Made by a program: the position numbers and the translations under genes. The notes beneath the pieces were generated by a model. That model ran no database searches and was not told where the DNA came from. It saw nothing but the letters and a program-made list of their open reading frames with translations. Shown one piece after another: positions 55,339 through 64,000 of a stretch of DNA of 64,000 bases. Position 1 is the stretch's first letter. Every line of letters begins with the position of its first letter. Source of the DNA: Thraustochytrium aureum (Eukaryota). The stretch is from assembly GCA_012862495.1 (NCBI GenBank), contig BLSG01000154.1:16261-80260 (forward strand), read 5' to 3'.

Positions 55339-58300
55339 CTAGCTCGGGCCCAGGCTCGGCGGGGCGTCGTGCTGGGTGTGCAGGTTGTAGGCCGAGGTCT
55401 CTGGCGCCGCGGAAGCGTAGTAATGGACTGCGCGAATATAGGCGGCTGGAGTCACGCTGGGGAGCTGGGTGAGGAGCGCGTAAAAGACCTCGGGCATCAG
55501 CACGGGGTTCCTCGGGCGCTTGTGCAGGCGGTCCAAGCCACAGTTGACGAGCGACTGGAAAACCTCGAGGTCGCACTCGGCGTCCGCCTCGCTGCCAAAA
55601 TTCTTGAATACGTCGCGAAGAGCGGCTTCCTNNNNNNNNNNNNNNNNNNNNNNNNNNNNNNNNNNNNNNNNNNNNNNNNNNNNNNNNNNNNNNNNNNNNN
55701 NNNNNNNNNNNNNNNNNNNNNNNNNNNNNNNNNNNNNNNNNNNNNNNNNNNNNNNNNNNNNNNNNNNNNNNNNNNNNNNNNNNNNNNNNNNNNNNNNNNN
55801 NNNNNNNNNNNNNNNNNNNNNNNNNNNNNNNNNNNNNNNNNNNNNNNNNCGACGCGCTTGGCCGCAGTGTACGCAAACCCGAGGTAGGCGCCGACCGGCA
55901 TCTCTGTGCTGGGGCTGGACTTGTCCAGGATACAAGCCCTCTCAAAGAGCTCCTTGGCCTCCTCCTCGTCAATGTAGGCAAAGTAGGCGTGCATCCTCGA
56001 GACCGCAGCTAGGCAGTCGTCCACGGCGAGACTGGGCAAGTTCGCGTCGGTGTGCCCGGACGTGTCCACGTACGGCAAGTCTTTGGCAACAAAGTCGAGG
56101 GCGACCAGGACGCACTCGAGCACTGGCGTCATGGAGCTGTGATCGAGGTCATTGCGCCTGTCGATCCCGCAAAAGTGGCGAAACATGTTGAGCCAGGCGT
56201 CGTCAACCTCCGCATCGCGGAGCTGCTCGAGAAAGCTCGCAAATGCTCGCTGCGCGATGGACTTGGTGCCGTACTGGTGCAAAAAATAGCTTGGCACGAT
56301 CGAGGCCAGCGCCGGTTCGTAGCTGGAAAACTCAATCGCGCGCTCCCGCTTTGCAAGCCCGCTTGCGGCGCGCGCGCGGTCTGCCCCAAGCTTGTAGAGC
56401 AACAGGTCCAAGACCACAATAGAGGCGACGAGCCGGGGCGCCCCGCCAAGTGCTGCTTCCGCGCCGGGCGCTTGCGCGTGCTGCAAAAAGTTTTGCCATG
56501 CTCTTGGCAAGTCCTCGAACTCGAAGGCTCGCTCAAATTTTTGCTCCTGCTCCAGGAGCGACTTGGCGTCCTTGATTGACATTTGGCGCTTTCGGCGCAT
56601 GCTCATGGTCTTGTCTTGCCCTCCAGGGGCGGCAGCGCGAAAGCTCGCCTGGCGTTGAGCAGCGTTCGTCTGGCGCTTGGCGGCACCCGGCGTGGGAGCA
56701 AGCCGAAAGCTTGCCGAGGCGGTCGCGCTCCCTAAACCAGGCACAAGGGCTGAGTTCGAGTTCGACTCGCGCATCAGTGGCCCAGGCGCGAGAGCTTTGC
56801 AGGATATGGACGACCGGCTCGCATTCCGCTGCGCAGACGCCTCCTCCGCCGGCCGCGCTTCGTCTGGTTGGTGGGAGCCTTCCGGCTTGCTTCCCTGCTC
56901 TGCAGCTTGTTTGGCCTGCAGCAGCGAGAGGAGATGCGGTGACCCGTCCATCGCCTCAACTACGGAGAGGGCGAATGTTTGAACGGCGGGGGCGCCGCTG
57001 CGTAGTATCTTGTTGAGCAAGAGATGAGCACATTCGAGGTGGGTGATCTGGTCCAACACGAGGACCAGGGCGTCGCAAATGGCATCCTCGCCATCCTCAA
57101 GGATGACAAGGTTGCAGAGTAGCCGCCGCCGGATCTCCTCATTTCGCTCCGCCTCGTAAATCAGCGGCGAGCTCGCGATCAACTTGCTGATGTGGTCGAC
57201 GCCTTGATCCCCGACGGAAATCTGGCCCGGCTCGCCGACGTCGGCTTGGCCGCCGGCCTGCATCGGCAGCTCGCTGGCCGAGATGCGCCGTTTCGTCGCT
57301 TCGCCGAGTTGCGAGGCGCGCCTGCCGAGCAGGCCGAGCGTCTCGCGCCCTAGGAGCTCGCCGAGCTGCGGCACGACGGCGAAGCCGACCAGCTTGCTGT
57401 TGATTTCGTCCAGGTCGTACGCGTTGAAGATGGTCTCTAGCAGGCCAGCTGGCGGGCTGCCGAGAGCGCGCAGCGCGAGCGCGAGCGAGTCGTCTCCGCG
57501 CCCAAACTCGATGGCAAGACCCTCGAGGTCCGCTGTTGCTTCTACTGACCCGGACTGCGAAGTTGCGCACTCGCTCCGCTCCTCGAGCTCCCCGCTAGGT
57601 GGCCGGGCCGCTCGGACGGGCTTGTTCTTGCAATGGGGGTCCTCCTTTGGGGCCCGGCTGTCGGTTGCGTCCCTGCCAGACTCGCTTGCCTCCTCGTCTG
57701 CTTCGGTACCTTCCGGGCCGTGCGCCTGCCTGCAGGCCCCGGTGAACAGCTTGGCAATGAAAAGGGCCCGCGTCTCCACCGAGGCCCGATTGAACAGCTT
57801 TTCAAGTACGTCTTGCCGGTCCGGCTCGACCCCGTCCCCATTCACAGCGGCAACAGCCCACGGCACGCGACTGTACACGGACGCTGCGCCTTCCTGTGCC
57901 GCGATGTAGATCGCTGGTTCGAGCTGAGCGTGGAGGGCCCCGAGCAAAGCGCTCGACTTGCCGAGGTAGCGCAAGCAGTCGCTGGCGATGGCCAGAGAGA
58001 TCTTGCAGATCCCTAGCGAGCTCTTTACTTTTCTCCGCGTGTTGAGCTGGCCGTCGCCTGCAGCCGCGCGCTCCTCGCAAAGGGTGGCGGCCTGCTGCTC
58101 CAAACCGGCCAACGACTCCGTAAACACGCGGTCGTTGCTCTTCGTCTGCGCAAGGTACACCCTCCACAACAGGCGCTCGATCACCGCGTCAAAGGCCGCT
58201 CGCTCCGCGACCGAAAGTCTTAGCCGCAAGCGCATGATCGGCAACTCCTGCAGAAGGTACTGCATCTTCGCAAGCTCCGGGTTGTCTTTGTACATTTGCG

Positions 58301-58544
58301 CAAGCGAGACGGCCTGGCGCGGCCTTGCGTTCGCAGGGCCTCTGCCGCTGGGCCTCCTGGGACCACCTCCCCCTTGCTTAACCCTGCCAACGCCGAGCAC
58401 GTCTTGCATCAGCGACAAGTCGTTGCCCTTCAGGCCTCGGCCGATACCATCGTCGTCGTTGTCGTCGTCGTCGAGGTCAGTATCAAACCTGCCCCGGCGC
58501 CCACTCGGACCGCGCGAAAAGTCATTGTGAAACACCAAGCTCAT
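55339..58544 (-). CDS. large hypothetical protein, possibly TSNAXIP1-like flagellar-type (gap 55632-55849)
   Basis: ~1000-aa ORF with host codon usage. The segment YFLHQYGTKSIAQRAFASF...MFRHFCG resembles motifs of TSNAXIP1-like protist proteins; the family call is weak. Confidence 0.65.
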
Positions 58545-58968
58545 CGTCACGGCGCGATACACATGCAGCACGAGGCCTTTACGCCCCACGTCCGCAGCCG
58601 CAGCCGCGCGTTCAGGGCCTGCGAGGTCTGCCCCGCATTGCGCAAAGTCGCGTGAACGGACCTGAACCCCTCCAAAATGAAGACTTGCCCTCTATTATCA
58701 TTCCGGCCTGCGTCAAGAATGAGCAGCTCGAGCTGGCCCTGCTCGCTGATCGCATGCATCGCAAACGCATCGTGACTCCAGCTGCGAGCGCTGCGCGAGT
58801 TGCTCATCGAGTTCGTGCTGCCCGGGTCGCGCTTTCCAGGTTCGGGCCGCAGGCTGCTTTGCTTGCGCGCGCGTCCGGCCCGCGCGCTTCGAATAGCGAG
58901 TTGCCTGTCGTGCGCTGCTGCAAGAGCCGACCACCGCGGCTCGCGCGGCTGTCGAGCCTGAGCGCAGG

Positions 58969-59685
58969 ATGCTGGAGGTCTACTATGCACCGACTCCGAA
59001 TGGATGGAAGGTCACGATTCTGCTTGAAGAGCTCGTGGAGATCGGGGCCGTCAAGCGCGACGAATTTGTTGTCGTGCCGGTCAACCTGGCCAAAGGGGAC
59101 CAGTTCGAGCAGAGCTTCTTGGAAATCTCGCCAAACGGGCGCATGCCGGCGCTGCGAGACACGGCGTCCGGCGAGACCGTGTTCGAATCTGGAGCGGTGC
59201 TGATGTACATTGCGGAAAAGTATGGCGCGTTTCTGCCGCACGCGCGCGCAGAGCGGTTTGCGGTTCTCCAGTGGCTGTTCTGGCAGGTCGGCGGACTCGG
59301 CCCGATGGCTGGGCAGGTCAGTCACTGGGTCAACTATGCGCCGCATATTGCTCCCAACGCCGACCACGCGTACGCGCTCGAGCGCTTTCAGCGCGAGTAT
59401 GCGCGACTCCTCAGCGTCATGGACAAGCAGCTCGCCGCGCAGCCTTTCTTGGGCGGCGCCGCATACTCGATTGCGGACATGGCCAGCTTCCCATGGATCA
59501 TTCCGTACAAGCGTTTCGGTGCCAACTTGGACGAGTTTCCCGCGCTCCGCAAGTGGTTTGACACCCTCAAGCAGCGCCCCGCGGTGCAGCGGGGCGTGAA
59601 GGTCCTGCATGACGCCGACCGCTTCACCGGGGCCAAGGCGAGCGAGGAGGCCAAAGCGACGCTCTTCAAACGCTCGCGAATGTAG
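58969..59685 (+). CDS. glutathione S-transferase, YfcG/YghU (Nu/Ure2p-like) class
   Basis: TPNGWKV, ISPNGRMPA, FESGAVLMY, QWLFWQVGGLGPMAGQ and YSIADMASFPW motifs. Confidence 0.92.
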   Translation: MLEVYYAPTPNGWKVTILLEELVEIGAVKRDEFVVVPVNLAKGDQFEQSFLEISPNGRMPALRDTASGETVFESGAVLMYIAEKYGAFLPHARAERFAVLQWLFWQVGGLGPMAGQVSHWVNYAPHIAPNADHAYALERFQREYARLLSVMDKQLAAQPFLGGAAYSIADMASFPWIIPYKRFGANLDEFPALRKWFDTLKQRPAVQRGVKVLHDADRFTGAKASEEAKATLFKRSRM

Positions 59686-60010
59686 TTCATTTTTTAAAAT
59701 TGAAGCCGTCGCGGTGGAACAACGCATTCCAATTTCGTGAACTAGGTGTTGACTCGGAGCGCGCGTTGCATGCATGCCAGTGGCGCGCTTCTTGCCTCTG
59801 CGTTGGCGGCCCGATCCGAGGATCGGCTGAAGTTCTCGGGCGCGCGGTCCATGCGCGTTTGCATGCGGCGGCGGAGCTGAGACCATCGGCTCTCCGGGTA
59901 GCTACGAAGAGCGCCAGTCGGAGCGATCCCGCGACTTTTCCCCTGAGTAGGGCTCTCTCCTAGCTCTAGAGCGACATCGTTGGCTAAAGATGGACACTCT
60001 GCGCCGCCCA

Positions 60011-60133
60011 CGAGAACAACACCAACTCGACTCGCAGAACGAGAACAACACCAACTCGACTCGGAGAAGCCTGACTTGAACGAGAACAACACCAACTCGA
60101 CTCGCAGAACGAGAACATCACCAACTCGACTCG
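60011..60133. repeat. four copies of a 24-bp unit (CGAGAACAACACCAACTCGACTCG)
   Basis: Copies at 60011, 60040, 60081 and 60110, with spacers of 5, 17 and 5 bp. Confidence 0.9.
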
Positions 60134-60329
60134 ACACCAAGATTGGACTGGAAGAAGGTCGCCAGAACGCAGCTGAGTCCGACCGAACCGCGCGACCGAG
60201 CTCACCTTGGCCAGCGTCTCCAGACCCCCAATTCGAGCGGCCTGACGCGTGGAACGCGAAGCTCCCATCGATTCGGAGCGCGAGGCGCGCGCGCGTCATA
60301 TCGGATCTGCTAGCTCGCTCGGCGTTGAA

Positions 60330-60926
60330 ATGAGCGTCAAGGGCCCCGACAACTCGAAGGCTGCGAAACGTGCCTTTGACGCGCAAAAGGCCTACCTGTC
60401 CCCTGATGGACGGATGGTGCTGTTCTGGCAGCCGCCCATGGCGTTCAGTCAGTGGACGCATAGCGAGTTTACGGATGAGCAGGGCACTGCGTACACGTGC
60501 GCAGAACAGTACATGATGGCAGAGAAGGCGCGCCTGTTCGGGGACGAAGAAACCCGTGGTTTGATCCTCTCGAGCGGCTACAACCCCCGCCTGCATAAGC
60601 AGCTTGGACGGCAGGTGAAGAACTTTGACCAAGCAACGTGGGAAGCCCGTTGCGTCGATATGGTCGTGCAAGGAAACCTGTTGAAGTTTAGGCAGAATGA
60701 GGCAATGCTTGCAGAGCTCTTGGCAACAGAGGACCGGGTTCTCGTCGAGGCGTCGCCCTTGGACAAGATTTGGGGGATCGGGTTGCGCGCAGACAACCGC
60801 AAGGCCTTCGACGAGCAGTCCTGGAAGGGGACCAACTTGCTGGGGAAGGCGCTCATGCACGTTCGCGAAATTCTCGCAACAAGTGCGATCCCACAACCTG
60901 CAAGCATCGCCCCCCGTTCTGAGTAG
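60330..60926 (+). CDS. NADAR (YbiA-like, DUF1768) family protein
   Basis: FSQW, AEQYMMAEKARLFGD, KQLGRQVKNFD, VEASPLDKIWGIG and WKGTNLLGKALMHVRE motifs. Confidence 0.93.
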   Translation: MSVKGPDNSKAAKRAFDAQKAYLSPDGRMVLFWQPPMAFSQWTHSEFTDEQGTAYTCAEQYMMAEKARLFGDEETRGLILSSGYNPRLHKQLGRQVKNFDQATWEARCVDMVVQGNLLKFRQNEAMLAELLATEDRVLVEASPLDKIWGIGLRADNRKAFDEQSWKGTNLLGKALMHVREILATSAIPQPASIAPRSE

Positions 60927-61055
60927 GTTTCGCCGCGTGGTTGAGCTGGAGAGCAAAAGCAGACCGTCTGGTAGGCGCAGTCCAAAGGACGACAAAGCGC
61001 TTGGGAACCAGACGCCGGCCTTTCCCGCTGACGAGCCAAGTGGTCGCGCAGGGCG

Positions 61056-62642
61056 CTACCACCTGGCAAAAGTGCACGTCTTGCCACGCGCATAGATGGT
61101 CAGCGGCTCGTCGAGCGAGATGAAAGGTGGAAGGCGGCCCGACCGCACTGCTATAAGCTGGTGCACGAGCCGCGTGATGGTCGAAAGCCCGTTCCCGACA
61201 AGGAGGTCGCCTTGCCGAAGAAAAATCAGATCCGCGATCGTGGACGCACCAATTAGGTTGATGTCCTTTTGCAAATGTTCGCGATTCTCGATGAACCCTT
61301 GCTTGCCGCTCGCGTCCGGCTGAAACGGGCGGCGCGAGTACGACAGAACGGCTATCTCCAGCCCGGACGTTTCAGCGTAGTACTGCGCCTCCTCCAAGAC
61401 CTCGACAGAGTCTGTCGCAATCCGGACCCGGCACGCCCCATGCTCTTGCGCAAGCAGCTTTGCATACTTGATGTATGCGCTCGTTTTGAAGCACAGGCGA
61501 CCCTTCAAAGGCGATTCATCAGACTCCACGCGATCCTCCAGCCAGGCCTCACACGAGTCACCGCGACGGATGTGCATCGCAATCAGCGGCGCATCTGCGC
61601 TGCAAGGGGTGTTTGCAGCGCTTGCGTTGCCTTGGTGAGGTCGGTACAGCTTGACAGATCGCAGCAGGTCGCCCACAGTGCGCTTCAGGCACCCACCAAG
61701 GTTATGCTGAAGCAAGTGCTGGAGGGCGAGGCCCTGAAAGAGCACCGAGCTACCTGCCGATTGTACGCGTCTCGTGTGGCTGCCGAATAGGGTAAACATG
61801 GTGTTCACAGACTTCCAGTCCACGGCTGCCTCGCCTTGATCTAGGACGCCTGCTGTTTGTCGCAGGACGGAATCGCACCCGTCGCGCTTGAACCAGTCGT
61901 CAGCCCTGTTCTGGCAGAGGGGGTCGCTCATAATCCAAGGCCAACGAACTTTGACTGGGTAGTTTGCCTCGTGGACAAATCGCTCTTTCACTCCGTCAAT
62001 TGGGCCAAGGCCAATCGAATATCGAAGAATGGCTTGGGCCCACAACTTGAGCGTCTTGCCCATGGTCATCTCACAAAACACATTGTCCATTGTTTTGCTG
62101 TAGTCGCACGTGCTCGAGCCCCGCTCTGTTTGCTCAGGCAGTCCGCAGATCCACAGCGCGAACGCTCGCGACAGCAACTGCATAGACTCCGAGTCGACAG
62201 CCTCGACCTCGTCGCGCCTGGGCAGGTAGTCCTCCTCGGTGATTTCGACGTCGCATTTCGGGCCAATGCGACAATCTGTGCACTGAAGAAACCTCGACCG
62301 CACGATGTGGGATACCTTGCGGAGCCCAGACCGCGCGGCTTTTGCTCTCGGCAACGCCGGCAAAACCTGTTTCCCCCTGAATCTACGCGCGGATTTCGTT
62401 GCAGTGTCTCCGGGGGCTGTGCTCGCCTCTGCGGCGCCCGCGTTGCCCAAGTTGTCGCTGTCAACGAGGAAGACCTTGGAGATCGTCGTTCGAGCAGTGC
62501 CACCGTCAGCCCAATGCGCTGCGCGTCCCACTCCGCTGCCCGCCGCCATACTTACAGACGCCACGTGAAACGCCACGAAAAGGAGCAAGAGGACAGCTAG
62601 CGCGCCATTCGAGGCCCTGCATCTCCGCGGCTGCCTGCCCAT
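61056..62642 (-). CDS. GT23-like (alpha-1,6-fucosyltransferase/NodZ-type) glycosyltransferase
   Basis: Type II TM, motif I MHIRRGD, motif II IATDS, motif III DLIFL...DLLVGNGLSTITRL. Confidence 0.75.
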   Translation of the reverse strand: MGRQPRRCRASNGALAVLLLLFVAFHVASVSMAAGSGVGRAAHWADGGTARTTISKVFLVDSDNLGNAGAAEASTAPGDTATKSARRFRGKQVLPALPRAKAARSGLRKVSHIVRSRFLQCTDCRIGPKCDVEITEEDYLPRRDEVEAVDSESMQLLSRAFALWICGLPEQTERGSSTCDYSKTMDNVFCEMTMGKTLKLWAQAILRYSIGLGPIDGVKERFVHEANYPVKVRWPWIMSDPLCQNRADDWFKRDGCDSVLRQTAGVLDQGEAAVDWKSVNTMFTLFGSHTRRVQSAGSSVLFQGLALQHLLQHNLGGCLKRTVGDLLRSVKLYRPHQGNASAANTPCSADAPLIAMHIRRGDSCEAWLEDRVESDESPLKGRLCFKTSAYIKYAKLLAQEHGACRVRIATDSVEVLEEAQYYAETSGLEIAVLSYSRRPFQPDASGKQGFIENREHLQKDINLIGASTIADLIFLRQGDLLVGNGLSTITRLVHQLIAVRSGRLPPFISLDEPLTIYARGKTCTFARW

Positions 62643-63429
62643 CCTGGCCCGACCGATACGAGCGAGGAGCGCCTTCTGGACGCGGGAACTCGTCGCCTGT
62701 TTCACTTGCGCCCGTCCAGCGCCTTGCTCTCTCGGCCGCAGCTCGCAGCGCGCGGTGCAAGCGGGCTGCTGGGCGAGTCGTCAAGCGCGCGGCGCTCGTG
62801 CGGGCGTGCGGAGGGAGGGATCCAAGCCAACTTGATCTCCCGATCCGCGCGCCGGCCGATCCAGCNNNNNNNNNNNNNNNNNNNNNNNNNNNNNNNNNNN
62901 NNNNNNNNNNNNNNNNNNNNNNNNNNNNNNNNNNNNNNNNNNNNNNNNNNNNNNNNNNNNNNNNNNNNNNNNNNNNNNNNNNNNNNNNNNNNNNNNNNNN
63001 NNNNNNNNNNNNNNNNNNNNNNNNNNNNNNNNNNNNNNNNNNNNNNNNNNNNGGGGGCGCTCGGCACCTGCCGCGCTGCGTGCTCGGGAGGGGGCCTGCG
63101 GAGCCAAGGGTCGATCAATTGACCAACCGACCTACCGGCGGATCGGCAGGTGGCGGTTGCTTGACGCGTCCCTCCAGGTCACCCTCCAGCGCGCGCTGCG
63201 GCGGCCTACCGTGCAGGTGCTACTGCGCGGACCTGTTTACCGCCGCTCGGGGCCTGTGGACCGTCTGGCCGGTGCCTGGAGGGCTCGGTCGTCGTGCGCG
63301 CTCGCCAGCCTCAGCTCTCGCCAGACTCGGCCCTCGCCAGCCTCAGCTCGCGCAGCGCCTCGGTCGGCCAACGGAGTACGAAGGGTCGCGCCCTGTGCTA
63401 CAGCAGCTGATCTGCGTCGCTGGGGCACG

Positions 63430-64000
63430 ATGAGCGAAGGCGGGATGTACTCGCCGAGGTCGGCCGGCGCCAGCACAGCCGCCTCGGAGTGTTCGGCGCC
63501 AACTCATTCGCGAGCCGGCGAGGCAGCGGCCGGCAGCACCTCGACTCGCCGAGGCGCAGCGAGGGGGGCGCCACGGACGCGTTTGCGCTGACGCAGTTTG
63601 ACTTTACGGCCATCGAGGCCATGGACCCGAGCTTGGAAGGGGGGTGGCACGTCATTTACGACCGAGAATGCCCGCTCGAGCTCCGGTACCAGGAGACGGA
63701 CGAATCCCCGCAGGAAGTTGGCACGCTCGAGGCAATCAAAGTCAAGGTGCTCATGCTGGTGAGTTTACAATGCGCAGGTTTGAGCGGCCCAGCGCAGATC
63801 AAAACTGACTCCTGATTGCGCGCTTGCCTTTTGCTCGCTCTCGCTCTCGCTCTCGCTCACAGGGCGCTGAGACGGCGCCAGAGTCGCTCAAGATCGAGCT
63901 CAGCAGCGAGAACGACCTCTTTTTCCACTATATGCACACCGTGGACGAGGTCGGTTTTCGCATCATGCAAGAGCAGCAAAAACTCATGGTCGAGTTTGAC
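63430..64000 (+). CDS. SAS6L: SAS6-like protein (SAS-6 N-terminal head domain); intron 63759-63862; frameshift ~63487; runs off window
   Basis: DPSL...IYDRECPLELR...PQEVGTLEAIKVKVL | GT-AG intron | KIELSSENDLFFHY...MQEQQKLMVEF. Confidence 0.8.

Noticed and set aside
54845..55339. Disruption of the downstream convergent gene by the gag-like element
   Set aside because: The host gene has plausible stops at 55339 or ~55290, before the compositional junction.
60011..60133. CRISPR-like array
   Set aside because: Spacers are 5, 17 and 5 bp and repeated, there are no cas genes, and the context is eukaryotic.

Overview
GC-rich, gene-dense eukaryotic draft-assembly window with many N-gaps, few and short GT-AG introns, and simple-repeat-rich intergenic DNA. 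Gene content and style suggest a flagellated heterotrophic protist, possibly a labyrinthulomycete/thraustochytrid stramenopile; this is inference, not proven. About 29 protein-coding loci are supported. They include INO1, XPB, AP-3 sigma, TTC39-GOLD, two glycosyltransferases, a tetraspanin, an astacin, a PDE, PhoX, a giant multi-TM receptor-like protein, MSS51-like, CMSS1, two SDRs, ABHD17, kinesin-7, CDIN1, GST, NADAR and SAS6-like. Several genes have 1-nt frameshifts in short homopolymers, most likely sequencing errors. I saw no rRNA, tRNA or CRISPR array. The most notable observations are: an in-frame XPB-IMPACT/YigZ fusion; a ricin-like lectin domain inserted inside an astacin catalytic domain; a membrane-anchored PhoX with a terminal dileucine sorting signal; a PDE whose invariant Gln appears to be Glu; a compositionally foreign gag-like ORF; and recurrent palindromic intergenic motifs. 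All family calls come from motif recognition by eye, without database searches.
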